Shown here piece after piece: positions 17,303 through 25,714 of a stretch of DNA of 48,527 nt. The notes below the pieces were generated by a model. That model was not told the DNA's origin. It did no database searches and saw nothing but the letters and a program-made list of their open reading frames with translations. Each line of letters starts with the position of its first letter. The first letter of the stretch is position 1. The stretch covers positions 1 to 48,527 of the forward strand of contig CAZYYC010000002.1 of assembly GCA_964650935.1 (NCBI GenBank), read 5' to 3'. This DNA is from an uncultured Anaerolineales bacterium. GTDB lineage: Bacteria; Chloroflexota; Anaerolineae; B4-G1; SLSP01. The translations under genes and the position numbers were made by a program.

Positions 17303-18235
17303 TTACCTCATCATTTCGCCTTCGTAGTAGACCCACTTCTGTGACAGGCGGAACTGGATCAGGGTGAGTAAGATCACGATCACAAAAAGGACCCAGGCCA
17401 TAGCAGCTGCGTAGCCCATGCGCAGGAGGCGGAACGCCTGACGGAAGAGATAGAGTACGTAGAAGAGGGTGGAGTTCTGGGGCGCTCCGCCCGTCATCAC
17501 ATAGGCGGATGTGAAGACCTGGAAGGAGCCGATGAGGCCCATGACGAGGTTGAAGAAGATGACCGGGGTCATCATAGGAATCGTGACATGGCGGAACTTC
17601 TGCCAGGTGTTAGCCCCATCGATGACAGCCGCCTCATAGAGTGACGTCGGCACGCCTTGAAGGCCCGCGAGGAAAATCACGGCGGTGCCGCCGACACCCC
17701 ATAGACTCATCAGGATGAAGGCAGGCTTCGACCAGGTCGGATCAACCAGCCAGCCCGGGCCAGGAAGGCCGATGGAGCGGAGGAGGTAGTTGATGAGCCC
17801 AAACTGAGGGTTGAAGAGCCAGATCCATAGCAGGGAGACGGCGACGCCGGAGGTGACGGCGGGGAGGTAGAAGACGGTCCGGTAGATGTTCATGCCGGGA
17901 AGCTTGACGTTGAGCAGGAGCGCGAGCAGGAAGGCGAAGATGATGCCCAGGGGCACGCTGAAGATGACGTAATAGACGGTGTTGTAGAGCGAGAGGAGGA
18001 AGAGCCGATCGCGGGTGAAGAGCTCAATGTAGTTGCTCAGGCCAACAAACTTCGGTGGGGCAAAGAAGTCGTAGTCGGAGAAGCTGAGGCCGATGGAGGC
18101 GATAACGGGCCCGAGGGTGAAGACGAGGAAGCCGATGACCCATGGGGCGACGAAAATGTAGCCCCAGAGTGCCTCACGGTCGAACTTGAGTTTCCCCTTA
18201 CCTGAGAACTGCTTAAAGGTCTGAGGTGAGAGCAT
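17303..18235 (-). CDS. Carbohydrate ABC transporter permease (MalF-like)
   Basis: 310 aa. The EAA-loop region reads PTSLYEAAVIDGANTWQKFRHVTIPMMTPVI. GGAGGT Shine-Dalgarno lies 8 nt upstream of the start. Confidence 0.9.
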   Translation of the reverse strand: MLSPQTFKQFSGKGKLKFDREALWGYIFVAPWVIGFLVFTLGPVIASIGLSFSDYDFFAPPKFVGLSNYIELFTRDRLFLLSLYNTVYYVIFSVPLGIIFAFLLALLLNVKLPGMNIYRTVFYLPAVTSGVAVSLLWIWLFNPQFGLINYLLRSIGLPGPGWLVDPTWSKPAFILMSLWGVGGTAVIFLAGLQGVPTSLYEAAVIDGANTWQKFRHVTIPMMTPVIFFNLVMGLIGSFQVFTSAYVMTGGAPQNSTLFYVLYLFRQAFRLLRMGYAAAMAWVLFVIVILLTLIQFRLSQKWVYYEGEMMR

Positions 18236-18260
18236 GCGGATGACCTCCGAACGGTAAAAA

Positions 18261-18316
18261 GCCGTCTCGGCAATGAGCCTTTGTCCTAGAGCCGAGGTTC
18301 ATTGCCGAGACAGACG
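18261..18316 (-). promoter_or_regulatory. Intercistronic hairpin between the binding-protein gene and the permease genes
   Basis: ccgtctcggcaatga (18261-18275) pairs with tcattgccgagac(aga c)gg (18298-18316). That gives 13 contiguous bp plus 2 more across a bulge, with a 22-nt loop. Confidence 0.45.
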
Positions 18317-18330
18317 GTAATCAGGAGAGC

Positions 18331-19692
18331 CTACTCGGCATCTTCTCTGGCCAGAGCGTCCGCGATCTTGGGAGCTGCATCGCCCAGAGCCTCTTCAGGT
18401 GTGCGATCGCCGAAGATAGCTTCGTCGAAGGCCTGCCCGAGGGCGTCGGTGATGAGCGGGTACTGGGAGCTGCGCGGGCGAGCGCGTCCGGATTCCATCG
18501 CCTCGAGGAAGACGGCCAACTGCGGGACTTCCTGGAGGCGCTGCTCGGCAATGCTCCGGCGACCGGTGAGTGCGTAGCCGAACTTGGACGTGTGGAGCTG
18601 CCAGGTATCGGTGGTGGTGAAGGCCATGATGGGCAGCGTCTGCTCGAGATGCTGGCCGTCCCGGTTGGCGGAGAAGAGCCATCCACCGACGCCGCTGATG
18701 AACTGACCGTCCGCCGGGCGCGGGAACTTGGCGATGTCCCAACTGAACTCGGGCGGGTTGGTCTCGGTGAGGTTGGCGAGGTCGAAGGCGCCGGTGGCGC
18801 TCATGACGACGACCTGACCATAGAAAGTGCCTTCGGGACCCGCTTCGGCCATACCGGCCTTGGGCCAGATCTTGTGCACGTTGATGATGTCCTTGAGGAA
18901 CTGGATCGCCTCAACAGCGGGCTCAGCGTCGATGGTGACCTCACGAGTTGCCGAGTCGTAGACCTGACCGCCATTCATCCAGATCCAGGGAAGGACCATC
19001 CAGACGGAACCTTCGCCGAGGCAGCACCACTGCTCGAAGGCCCACTGACGGACGGCGTTCCAGTCAAAGGCGGCGTCGTTGGGGTGGTTGCCGTTGATAT
19101 CGTAGGTGAGGGCCTGACCGGTGGTGATGAGCTCATCCCAGGTCTCGGGCGGCTCGACGCCGGCCTCATTCATTTTGTCGACGTTGATACGCAATGCGAT
19201 CGAGTTGGTCTCCAGGACGGTTGCATAGGTCTTGCCGCGGAACTGCATCTCGGCGCGGGCAGGAGGATAGAAGTCATCGAGGATATCCTGCGGGATCACC
19301 GCATCACTCAACTCGGCGGTGAGGCCGCGATTGGCGAACGTCGGGAGGTTAATCCCGTCAACGGCGAAGATATCGGGGAGCGTGCCGCCGGCAGCCGCCG
19401 TGGCGAACTTCTGCTCCCACTCACTGGGGACGCGGGTGAAGAGGAAGTCGGTATCGGGATGGTCAGGCAGGTAGTTCTCAGCCATGAACTCGGTGATCCC
19501 GATGTTGTCCTCGAGGGGATGGGGGGTCCACATCTCGACGGTGACCTTGTCGACAGCCGGCTCACCGACGACCGGCTCGCCGCCGGGCTCCTGTGTAGCA
19601 GGCTGGGTCTGCGCGCCGCAGGCTGACAGTAGTGCAACACCCGCGCCGGCCGAGGCCAGTTTCAGAAAGTTACGACGTGACAGCTTCTCCAT
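18331..19692 (-). CDS. ABC transporter extracellular solute-binding lipoprotein (carbohydrate family 1), Tat-type signal
   Basis: Preferred start is ATG 19692, preceded by AAGGAGG. MEKLSRRNFLKLASAGAGVALLSACGAQ combines a twin-arginine motif with a lipobox (LLSAC). The track ORF extends to 19758 without support. Confidence 0.88.
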   Translation of the reverse strand: MEKLSRRNFLKLASAGAGVALLSACGAQTQPATQEPGGEPVVGEPAVDKVTVEMWTPHPLEDNIGITEFMAENYLPDHPDTDFLFTRVPSEWEQKFATAAAGGTLPDIFAVDGINLPTFANRGLTAELSDAVIPQDILDDFYPPARAEMQFRGKTYATVLETNSIALRINVDKMNEAGVEPPETWDELITTGQALTYDINGNHPNDAAFDWNAVRQWAFEQWCCLGEGSVWMVLPWIWMNGGQVYDSATREVTIDAEPAVEAIQFLKDIINVHKIWPKAGMAEAGPEGTFYGQVVVMSATGAFDLANLTETNPPEFSWDIAKFPRPADGQFISGVGGWLFSANRDGQHLEQTLPIMAFTTTDTWQLHTSKFGYALTGRRSIAEQRLQEVPQLAVFLEAMESGRARPRSSQYPLITDALGQAFDEAIFGDRTPEEALGDAAPKIADALAREDAE

Positions 19693-19761
19693 AACGGATC
19701 CTCCTTGTGGCAAGTGCAGTAATGAAGGAAATGCGCCACCCGGGGCGGCGCGCGACACCTA

Positions 19762-19790
19762 TTGACCGTGCCGTTGGGACGTGCTATGAT
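19762..19790 (+). promoter_or_regulatory. Near-consensus sigma-70-type promoter: TTGACC, 17 nt spacer, (TGc)TATGAT
   Basis: TTGACC at 19762-19767, an exact 17-nt spacer, then TATGAT at 19785-19790 preceded by an extended -10-like TGC. It lies about 120 nt upstream of the response-regulator start at 19910, in the divergent intergenic region. Confidence 0.45.
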
Positions 19791-19909
19791 GGTTTGCCAT
19801 AGTCAACACCACGGCTGCTCGTCGTCCGTATTTCTATCTTAGCATACCGAACGGGCGATTTCCAGGCCATGAATCTGCCAATAGCCTGCCATGGAGTGAT
19901 AGCCATACA

Positions 19910-21121
19910 ATGGAGAATCCCGACCAACTTGACGATCAGATCCTAGAGGCGCTGACGCATCTCTACGATCCGGATTATGTGCCGCCTGCAGGCCTTGTCG
20001 AACTCGTGGGAGTGTCTCCCGAGGACGGCCCGCTGCCGGTGCAGTCGGCCCTGCTTCATGCGATTCAGGAGCTCGAGCCACGCGGCGTGCTGTCGGACGA
20101 AGCCCATCTCGCGCGCGTCTACGAGGTGCTGCACAGGCGCTTCGTGGCCAAACTAACGCAGGAGAAGACGGCAGAGCTGATGGACATCAGCGTCCGGCAT
20201 CTGAACCGCGTTCAGCGTGAGGCGGTGCACACGCTGGCGCGGCGCCTCTGGGAGCGACGGCGTGATCGGGGCAGGGCCGCAGCCGGAAGCGAGTTGCAGG
20301 CCGGGGATTGGGAGGCGCAGATAGGACGCGAACTGGCGGCGCTACAGGCCCGAGCCCCAGGGGCTGTGGCCGATGTCGGTGAGACGCTGACCGGGGTGTT
20401 GAGTTTCCAGGGTGCCCTGGGCCTGGGTGAGGATCGGGTCGAGGTGGGGTTCGTACAGCCGGACCTGGCGGCGGCTCTGAACGCTTCCGTGCTGCGCCAG
20501 ATCCTGATCACCGCGATCGGGCGTTTCGTGCGGTACCAGGGGGAGCGGGGTCGGGTGACGGTCTTCGCGGGGTTGGAGAATGGTGAGGTGCGCATCACCA
20601 TTGCCGGTGCGGTGGAGACCCGAGCGGATGATGCGGATCTGCGGCGGGCGCTGGTGGGCGACGTGCTGACCCCGACGGGCGTGGGGGTCGAGGTCTCGGT
20701 GGAGGAGGGCGCTGTCTTTGTGACGATCCGAATGCCGTCGGCGGCACAGCGGCTTACGGTGCTCGCGGTTGACGATAATGCGGATATGGGCCACTTCTAC
20801 CGCCGCTGTACGGTGGGGACGCGCTACCAGCTGGTGCACCTAGGTGCCGGAGAAGGGGTATTGGAAGCGGTGCGGGCGATCCAACCGGATGTGATCGTGC
20901 TGGACGTGATGCTTCCGGACGTGGATGGCTGGCAAGTGCTGATGCACCTGCACGAAGACCCGACCACGCGGTCGATCCCGGTGGTGATCTGTACGGTCGT
21001 ACGGGAGGAGGAGCTGGCCCTGTCGTTAGGCGCGTCCGGGTTCCTGGCCAAGCCCGTCCGGCCCCGCGAGTTCATCCAGGCACTAGATCAGGCGCTCCTT
21101 CGGGCTCAAGAAGGAGGGTAG
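19910..21121 (+). CDS. Atypical response regulator: sigma-70 region-4-like HTH, degenerate HATPase-like middle domain, C-terminal receiver
   Basis: HTH: LTQEKTAELMDISVRHLNRVQREAVHTLARRL. The middle domain resembles a kinase catalytic domain (VLRQILITAIGRFVRY...VRITIAG...VFVTIRMP) but I see no Asn or G-box residues. Receiver: LAVDDNADM...VIVLDVMLPDVDGW...VVICTV...FLAKPV. Confidence 0.75.
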   Translation: MENPDQLDDQILEALTHLYDPDYVPPAGLVELVGVSPEDGPLPVQSALLHAIQELEPRGVLSDEAHLARVYEVLHRRFVAKLTQEKTAELMDISVRHLNRVQREAVHTLARRLWERRRDRGRAAAGSELQAGDWEAQIGRELAALQARAPGAVADVGETLTGVLSFQGALGLGEDRVEVGFVQPDLAAALNASVLRQILITAIGRFVRYQGERGRVTVFAGLENGEVRITIAGAVETRADDADLRRALVGDVLTPTGVGVEVSVEEGAVFVTIRMPSAAQRLTVLAVDDNADMGHFYRRCTVGTRYQLVHLGAGEGVLEAVRAIQPDVIVLDVMLPDVDGWQVLMHLHEDPTTRSIPVVICTVVREEELALSLGASGFLAKPVRPREFIQALDQALLRAQEGG

Positions 21122-23279
21122 AGAGCTCTTCCGTGCAGCGCAGGAGACGGCTTAGCGGGAGGCCCTCCCCGATGGTCGCCGCGATGAGGGGGCTCAGGGG
21201 CGGGCGATCCGCCGGGTCCTGGGCGGAGACGAGCAGGGTGGGGACGGTCGGCAACGTAGGATCCGTGCTCAGGGTGGTGAGGAGTCCCCAGCCATCGGTG
21301 CCGGGCATAATGACATCGAGCAGCATCAGGTCAATGGGCTGTGTGCGCAGGTGGCGGAGGGCGGCCTCGGTGCTGCCGGCGGTGGCGATGTCGAGGGTCG
21401 GATCGTGGAGCTGCAGCATACGGGTGAAGAGCTGCAGGACGTCGGGATCGTCATCGACGATGAGAATGTGGCGGGGTGGTGCCGGCGTGAGGTCGAGCGC
21501 AGCGGTGAGGCTGGCGCGCGTGACAGGTTTGACGAGATAGCCGAGGGCACCGGCGTCGGCAGCGCGCTCGAGCGTACGTGGGACGGCACAACCCATGATG
21601 GGCGTGTCGGGAGCGAGGGATTGAAGCTCGCGCATCCGGGGCCAGAGGTTGTCGAGGTCCGTCGTGTTGATGAGAATCGCATGGGCAGGAGCGTGTGCGA
21701 GGGCATCGGCGACCTGCGAGATGTCGTGAGTATGGAGGCATTCGAAGGTGTCCGCGTGTCGCGCGAACCAGGCATGCAGATCTCCCGTGGGGTCGCAGAG
21801 GATGAGGCGGGGAAGGGTAAGACGATCGGAGTAGGAGGCGCGGGAAGCCTGGACAGCCGGTTCACGCCAGACCCAGTCGGGCACAATGGTGTGACCGGGA
21901 CGCGCAAGCGGCGCGATGGGCGGGGAGATCGGTAGTGTGAAGTAGAAAGTTGTGCCGACGCCCAGCTGGCTCTCGAGCCACATACGCCCGCCGTGGAGTT
22001 CGACGAAACGACGGGAGATGGACAGACCGAGACCGCTGCCGCCGCGACCGTGCCAGAGGCGGCCCTGGTCGAAGGGTTCGAAGATCGTCTCGGCGTCCTC
22101 AGGGGCAATGCCGGCGCCGGTGTCCTGGACGCTGATGCGAACCTGCCCGTCCTGATGATGGACCTCAATCCTGATATGGCCATGATCGGTGAAGCGCGCA
22201 GCGTTACTGACGAGGTTGAGGATAACCTGCTGAACACGAGTTCGATCGCAGTAGACGTCGGGAAGGTCGCCGGGCACCTGAACGTGCGCGGCGACTTGTT
22301 TTTTGTCGAGTAGAGGGCGGACGGCAGCGACGCTGGCGTCGATGACGTTGCCGAGGGCCACCCGCTCGCGGTGAAGGGCCAAGCGACCGGACTCGATGCG
22401 GGTGAGATCCAGGACATCGTCGATCATATGGGACAGGTGCTCGCAGTTGCGATGGATCACCTGCAGGTCCTGACGCATGTCCGGGGGCAGGACGACGGCA
22501 TAGATCTCGGGCGACTCGACCATCAGGTCGACCAGGCCGATGATCATGTTGAGCGGGGTGCGAAACTCGTGGCTGACGTTGGCGACGAAGGTCGTTTTGG
22601 CACGTTGGGCTTCCTCGGCGATCTCGCGCAGCGCGGTGGTACGTTGATTGGCGAGGGCGAGCTGCCGGTTGGCGGTAGCGAAGGCCTCCAGGGTCTGTTC
22701 GAGCTGGGCCTGATGGTCGCGCGCCTCCTCAAGAAAGTGCTGTCCGCGATGGAAGTAGTCCTCCACCCAGTCGATGAGTTGATGGACGGGACGATGGGTG
22801 CCGTAGGTGGTGCCGAGTGCAGCCCAGGTGGCAAGGATGGCCAGACTGAGGGTCGGCGCGTCGGCGAGGGTTGGTTGTAGGCGGGGAACGAGGAGGAGGG
22901 TGGCGGTCTGCAACACGGCAACGAGGATAGAGGCCGAGAAGCGGATGAGGGGCGTCGCGAGGGCGACGGGCAGCGCAGCGAGGATAAGGACCTGCGGGAG
23001 ATCCAGGATCAGGGAGGCGGCATAGATCGCTGTAGGTAAGGCGCCCAGAAGGAACCAGCGGCCCAGGCTGGGACGCCAGGCCGTGATCAGCCAGGCGGCG
23101 AGGCCCAGAGGAAGGATCGCGAGGCTGAGGCTCATAGCGCGGTTGACGATCGCCCATTGGCTCGAGGTGAGCTCGGCGATGAAGTAGGGGAGGATGCCCG
23201 CGACGAGCAGGACGGCGATCACCGGACCGGTGGGGATGCGGAGTTCGGCCTCGAAGCCGGGTTGTATATGATTCGACAT
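21072..23279 (-). CDS. Hybrid sensor histidine kinase: about 6 TM, HisKA, HATPase_c, receiver-like domain, then C-terminal receiver
   Basis: AGAGGAG Shine-Dalgarno before ATG 23279. H-box VANVSHEFRTPLN, N-box ILNLVSNAARFT, G1 DTGAGI, G2 GGSGLGLSI. A receiver-like block follows (AILINTTD...GYLVKPV), then a receiver (ILIVDDDPDV...LMLLDVIMPGTDGW...LLVSAQ). Confidence 0.85.
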   Translation of the reverse strand: MSNHIQPGFEAELRIPTGPVIAVLLVAGILPYFIAELTSSQWAIVNRAMSLSLAILPLGLAAWLITAWRPSLGRWFLLGALPTAIYAASLILDLPQVLILAALPVALATPLIRFSASILVAVLQTATLLLVPRLQPTLADAPTLSLAILATWAALGTTYGTHRPVHQLIDWVEDYFHRGQHFLEEARDHQAQLEQTLEAFATANRQLALANQRTTALREIAEEAQRAKTTFVANVSHEFRTPLNMIIGLVDLMVESPEIYAVVLPPDMRQDLQVIHRNCEHLSHMIDDVLDLTRIESGRLALHRERVALGNVIDASVAAVRPLLDKKQVAAHVQVPGDLPDVYCDRTRVQQVILNLVSNAARFTDHGHIRIEVHHQDGQVRISVQDTGAGIAPEDAETIFEPFDQGRLWHGRGGSGLGLSISRRFVELHGGRMWLESQLGVGTTFYFTLPISPPIAPLARPGHTIVPDWVWREPAVQASRASYSDRLTLPRLILCDPTGDLHAWFARHADTFECLHTHDISQVADALAHAPAHAILINTTDLDNLWPRMRELQSLAPDTPIMGCAVPRTLERAADAGALGYLVKPVTRASLTAALDLTPAPPRHILIVDDDPDVLQLFTRMLQLHDPTLDIATAGSTEAALRHLRTQPIDLMLLDVIMPGTDGWGLLTTLSTDPTLPTVPTLLVSAQDPADRPPLSPLIAATIGEGLPLSRLLRCTEELSTLLLEPEGAPDLVPG

Positions 23280-23330
23280 GATCGATGCTCCTCTTGGATA
23301 GCGTCATCCCGGGATGGGTAGCACCCCGTT

Positions 23331-24869
23331 TTACGTCGACGGGAGGTCGGCGAGCCGTGGATAGAGGGGGGCTAGGGCCCGATAGGTGGCGACGAAGAGG
23401 CTCGTGAGCTCGGTGTAGAGCGCGTGAGTCTTCGCGTTAGGCTCGAGTGTGGCAGCGATGGGGTTCATAGCTAGGGCCACGGAGGCATCGGGATAGAGGC
23501 CGAGGGCCAGGCCACCGGCAAGGGCAGCGCCCATCGAGGTGGCCTCCTGGAGAAGGGAGAGGCGGTGGACGGGCAGCTGGTAGATATCGGCGAGGATCTG
23601 GTTCCACAGCGGGCTGCGGGCGCCGCCGCCGATCAGGCGAATCGCATCCGGCTGGGCCCCCTGGGCCTGAAAGGCCTGCAGGATGAGGCGTAGGTTCAGG
23701 GCGACGCCCTCGAGAACGGCCCGAATGAGGTCGGCGCGCGTGTGCCGGATGGTCAGACCGATAAAGGCACCGCGGGCCAAGGGATCCCAGTGGGGGCTGC
23801 GCTCGCCAAGGAGATAGGGGAGGAAGAGCAGGCCGTTGGCGCCAGGAGGCGATTGGGCGGCCTGGGCGTTGAGGAGATCATAGGGGTTCAGGTCGAGCGT
23901 CGCTGCGGCGGTGATCGCCTGGGGACAGAGCTGGTCGCGGGTCCATTGGTAGGCAGCGCCGGCGGTCTGCATCGTGCCGTCGGGCATGAAGAGATCGGGG
24001 AGAATGTGGGCGAAGGTGAAGGTGGTGTAGTCAGGGTCGAAGATAGGTGCGGGCGTGGCGAGGGCGATCCACGAGGAGGCGCCGATGTAATTGTAGGCCG
24101 AGCCCGGAGCGACGACGCCGGCGCCGGCGGCGGCACACGCGCCGTCGCCGCCGCCGATCACGACGGGTGTGCCCGCCGGTACACCGGCCTCCGCCGCGAC
24201 GCTGGGCAGGACGGTGCCGACCACCGAGGCGGAGGGGCGAATCTCGGGCAGTTGGGCCGGATCGAGATCGGTGGCCTCGAGGATCTCGGGTGACCAATAA
24301 CCCGTCGAGAGATCATAGAGGTTCATACCGGAGGCGTCGGAGGGATCGGTCACGAAGGCGCCGGTGAGTCTTGCCACGATGGCATCCTTGGCGTGGGTGA
24401 ACTTGTAGGCACGGTGGAAGAGGTCGGGTTGGTGATCTCGTAGCCAGAGAATCTTCTCAACTGAGTAGGCAGGGCTGAGGCGGTGGCCTGTGATGCGGTA
24501 GATGTCGGCGAAGGGGATACGCGCGCCGAGGGCCTCCGTCTGGTCGGTGGCGCGTTGGTCGGCCCAGATGATGGCGGGCCGCAGGGGCCTAGCGTCGCGG
24601 TCGAGGGCGACGCAGCCCATCATCTGGCCCGAGAAGGTGATGCAGGCGATGTCGGAGGCCGGTGTGTTGGTGCGGGCGAGGAGCCGCCGGGTGGACGTGC
24701 AGATGGCGTCCCACCAATCCTGAGGGTTCTGTTCGGCCCAACGGGGTTGAGGATAGTCGGTATCGTAGGGATGAAAGGCGCTGCCGAGGAGGCGACCTTC
24801 GGCGTCATAGAGCGTGGCTTTGTTGCCGGTCGTGCCTAGGTCATGGGCCAGGATGAGATGGGGCATCAT
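23331..24869 (-). CDS. FGGY-family carbohydrate kinase (xylulokinase-like)
   Basis: HDLGTTGNKATLYD...WAEQNPQDWW...FSGQMMGCVALD...RPAIIWADQR...GGGARS. AGGAG lies before the tandem ATG ATG at 24869/24866. Confidence 0.85.
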   Translation of the reverse strand: MMPHLILAHDLGTTGNKATLYDAEGRLLGSAFHPYDTDYPQPRWAEQNPQDWWDAICTSTRRLLARTNTPASDIACITFSGQMMGCVALDRDARPLRPAIIWADQRATDQTEALGARIPFADIYRITGHRLSPAYSVEKILWLRDHQPDLFHRAYKFTHAKDAIVARLTGAFVTDPSDASGMNLYDLSTGYWSPEILEATDLDPAQLPEIRPSASVVGTVLPSVAAEAGVPAGTPVVIGGGDGACAAAGAGVVAPGSAYNYIGASSWIALATPAPIFDPDYTTFTFAHILPDLFMPDGTMQTAGAAYQWTRDQLCPQAITAAATLDLNPYDLLNAQAAQSPPGANGLLFLPYLLGERSPHWDPLARGAFIGLTIRHTRADLIRAVLEGVALNLRLILQAFQAQGAQPDAIRLIGGGARSPLWNQILADIYQLPVHRLSLLQEATSMGAALAGGLALGLYPDASVALAMNPIAATLEPNAKTHALYTELTSLFVATYRALAPLYPRLADLPST

Positions 24870-24884
24870 GGACTCCTGATGTGA

Positions 24885-25679
24885 TCACAGGGTGGCGTCC
24901 TCGACGAGAGCGACCAGGGCGGCGAGGGCCGCGGGTGCCTGGGTGGGCAGATCGTCCCAGCGCGACTCGATGGAGACGGGGCCATCGTAACCGCCAAGAA
25001 CCAGGGCGTGGAAAAAGGACAGCAGGGCGGGACAGGGCTCGCCCCCCGGCGGAAGGCGGGAGGGGACGGTAGCGATATGAACGTGATGCAGCAAGTGGGC
25101 GTTGGTGACGAGTTCGCCAAAGCTGTCGTTGTCGAGGGCCCAATGGTAGGCGTCGGCAAGGAGGCGAAGGTTGGGATGGTTCACCGCCTTGACGTAGCGG
25201 GCGCACTCACCGATGGAGTTGAGCACGTTGCACTCATCCCGGGCGCGGTTGAGCGGCTCCACGACGACGGTGACGTCTTGGTCTTGAGCCAGGGGGGCGA
25301 TCAGCTTTCCGAACCAGACGAGCTGCTTCCAAGCCGACCCGCGGTCGAAGCCGTCGGGAATCCGGCGAGCGCCACCTGACCCGAAGACGATCGTGCGGAT
25401 GCCGGCAGCCCGGGCGCGAGCGAAGGAAGTCAAGGCATAGGCCTCGAGTGCGGCGGCGTCGATGACCGGGCCCGTGACCTTGAGGGAGGCCGGGAGGAAG
25501 CAGTTGGCGGCAGGGGCAGGGAGCGGCGCAGCCCGGATGGTGGCAAGCGCCGGCTGGAAGGCGTCATCGCCCTCGACTGTCTTGAGATGATTCTGAACGT
25601 GGAGCTCGATGAAGTCAAAGCCGGCGGCCGCCAGCGTGGGTGCCGCTTGAGGATCTGCACAGACTCCGTATCGCATCAT
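24885..25679 (-). CDS. Sugar phosphate isomerase/epimerase family protein (xylose-isomerase-like TIM barrel)
   Basis: 264 aa. MRYGVCAD...AAGFDFIELHV...VVEPLNR...HVHIAT pattern of the AP-endonuclease-2/xylose-isomerase-like TIM fold. AAGGAG Shine-Dalgarno. Confidence 0.75.
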   Translation of the reverse strand: MMRYGVCADPQAAPTLAAAGFDFIELHVQNHLKTVEGDDAFQPALATIRAAPLPAPAANCFLPASLKVTGPVIDAAALEAYALTSFARARAAGIRTIVFGSGGARRIPDGFDRGSAWKQLVWFGKLIAPLAQDQDVTVVVEPLNRARDECNVLNSIGECARYVKAVNHPNLRLLADAYHWALDNDSFGELVTNAHLLHHVHIATVPSRLPPGGEPCPALLSFFHALVLGGYDGPVSIESRWDDLPTQAPAALAALVALVEDATL

Positions 25680-25714
25680 GATCTCCTTATGGGATGGGTG
25701 TGAGCAACAGGGAC

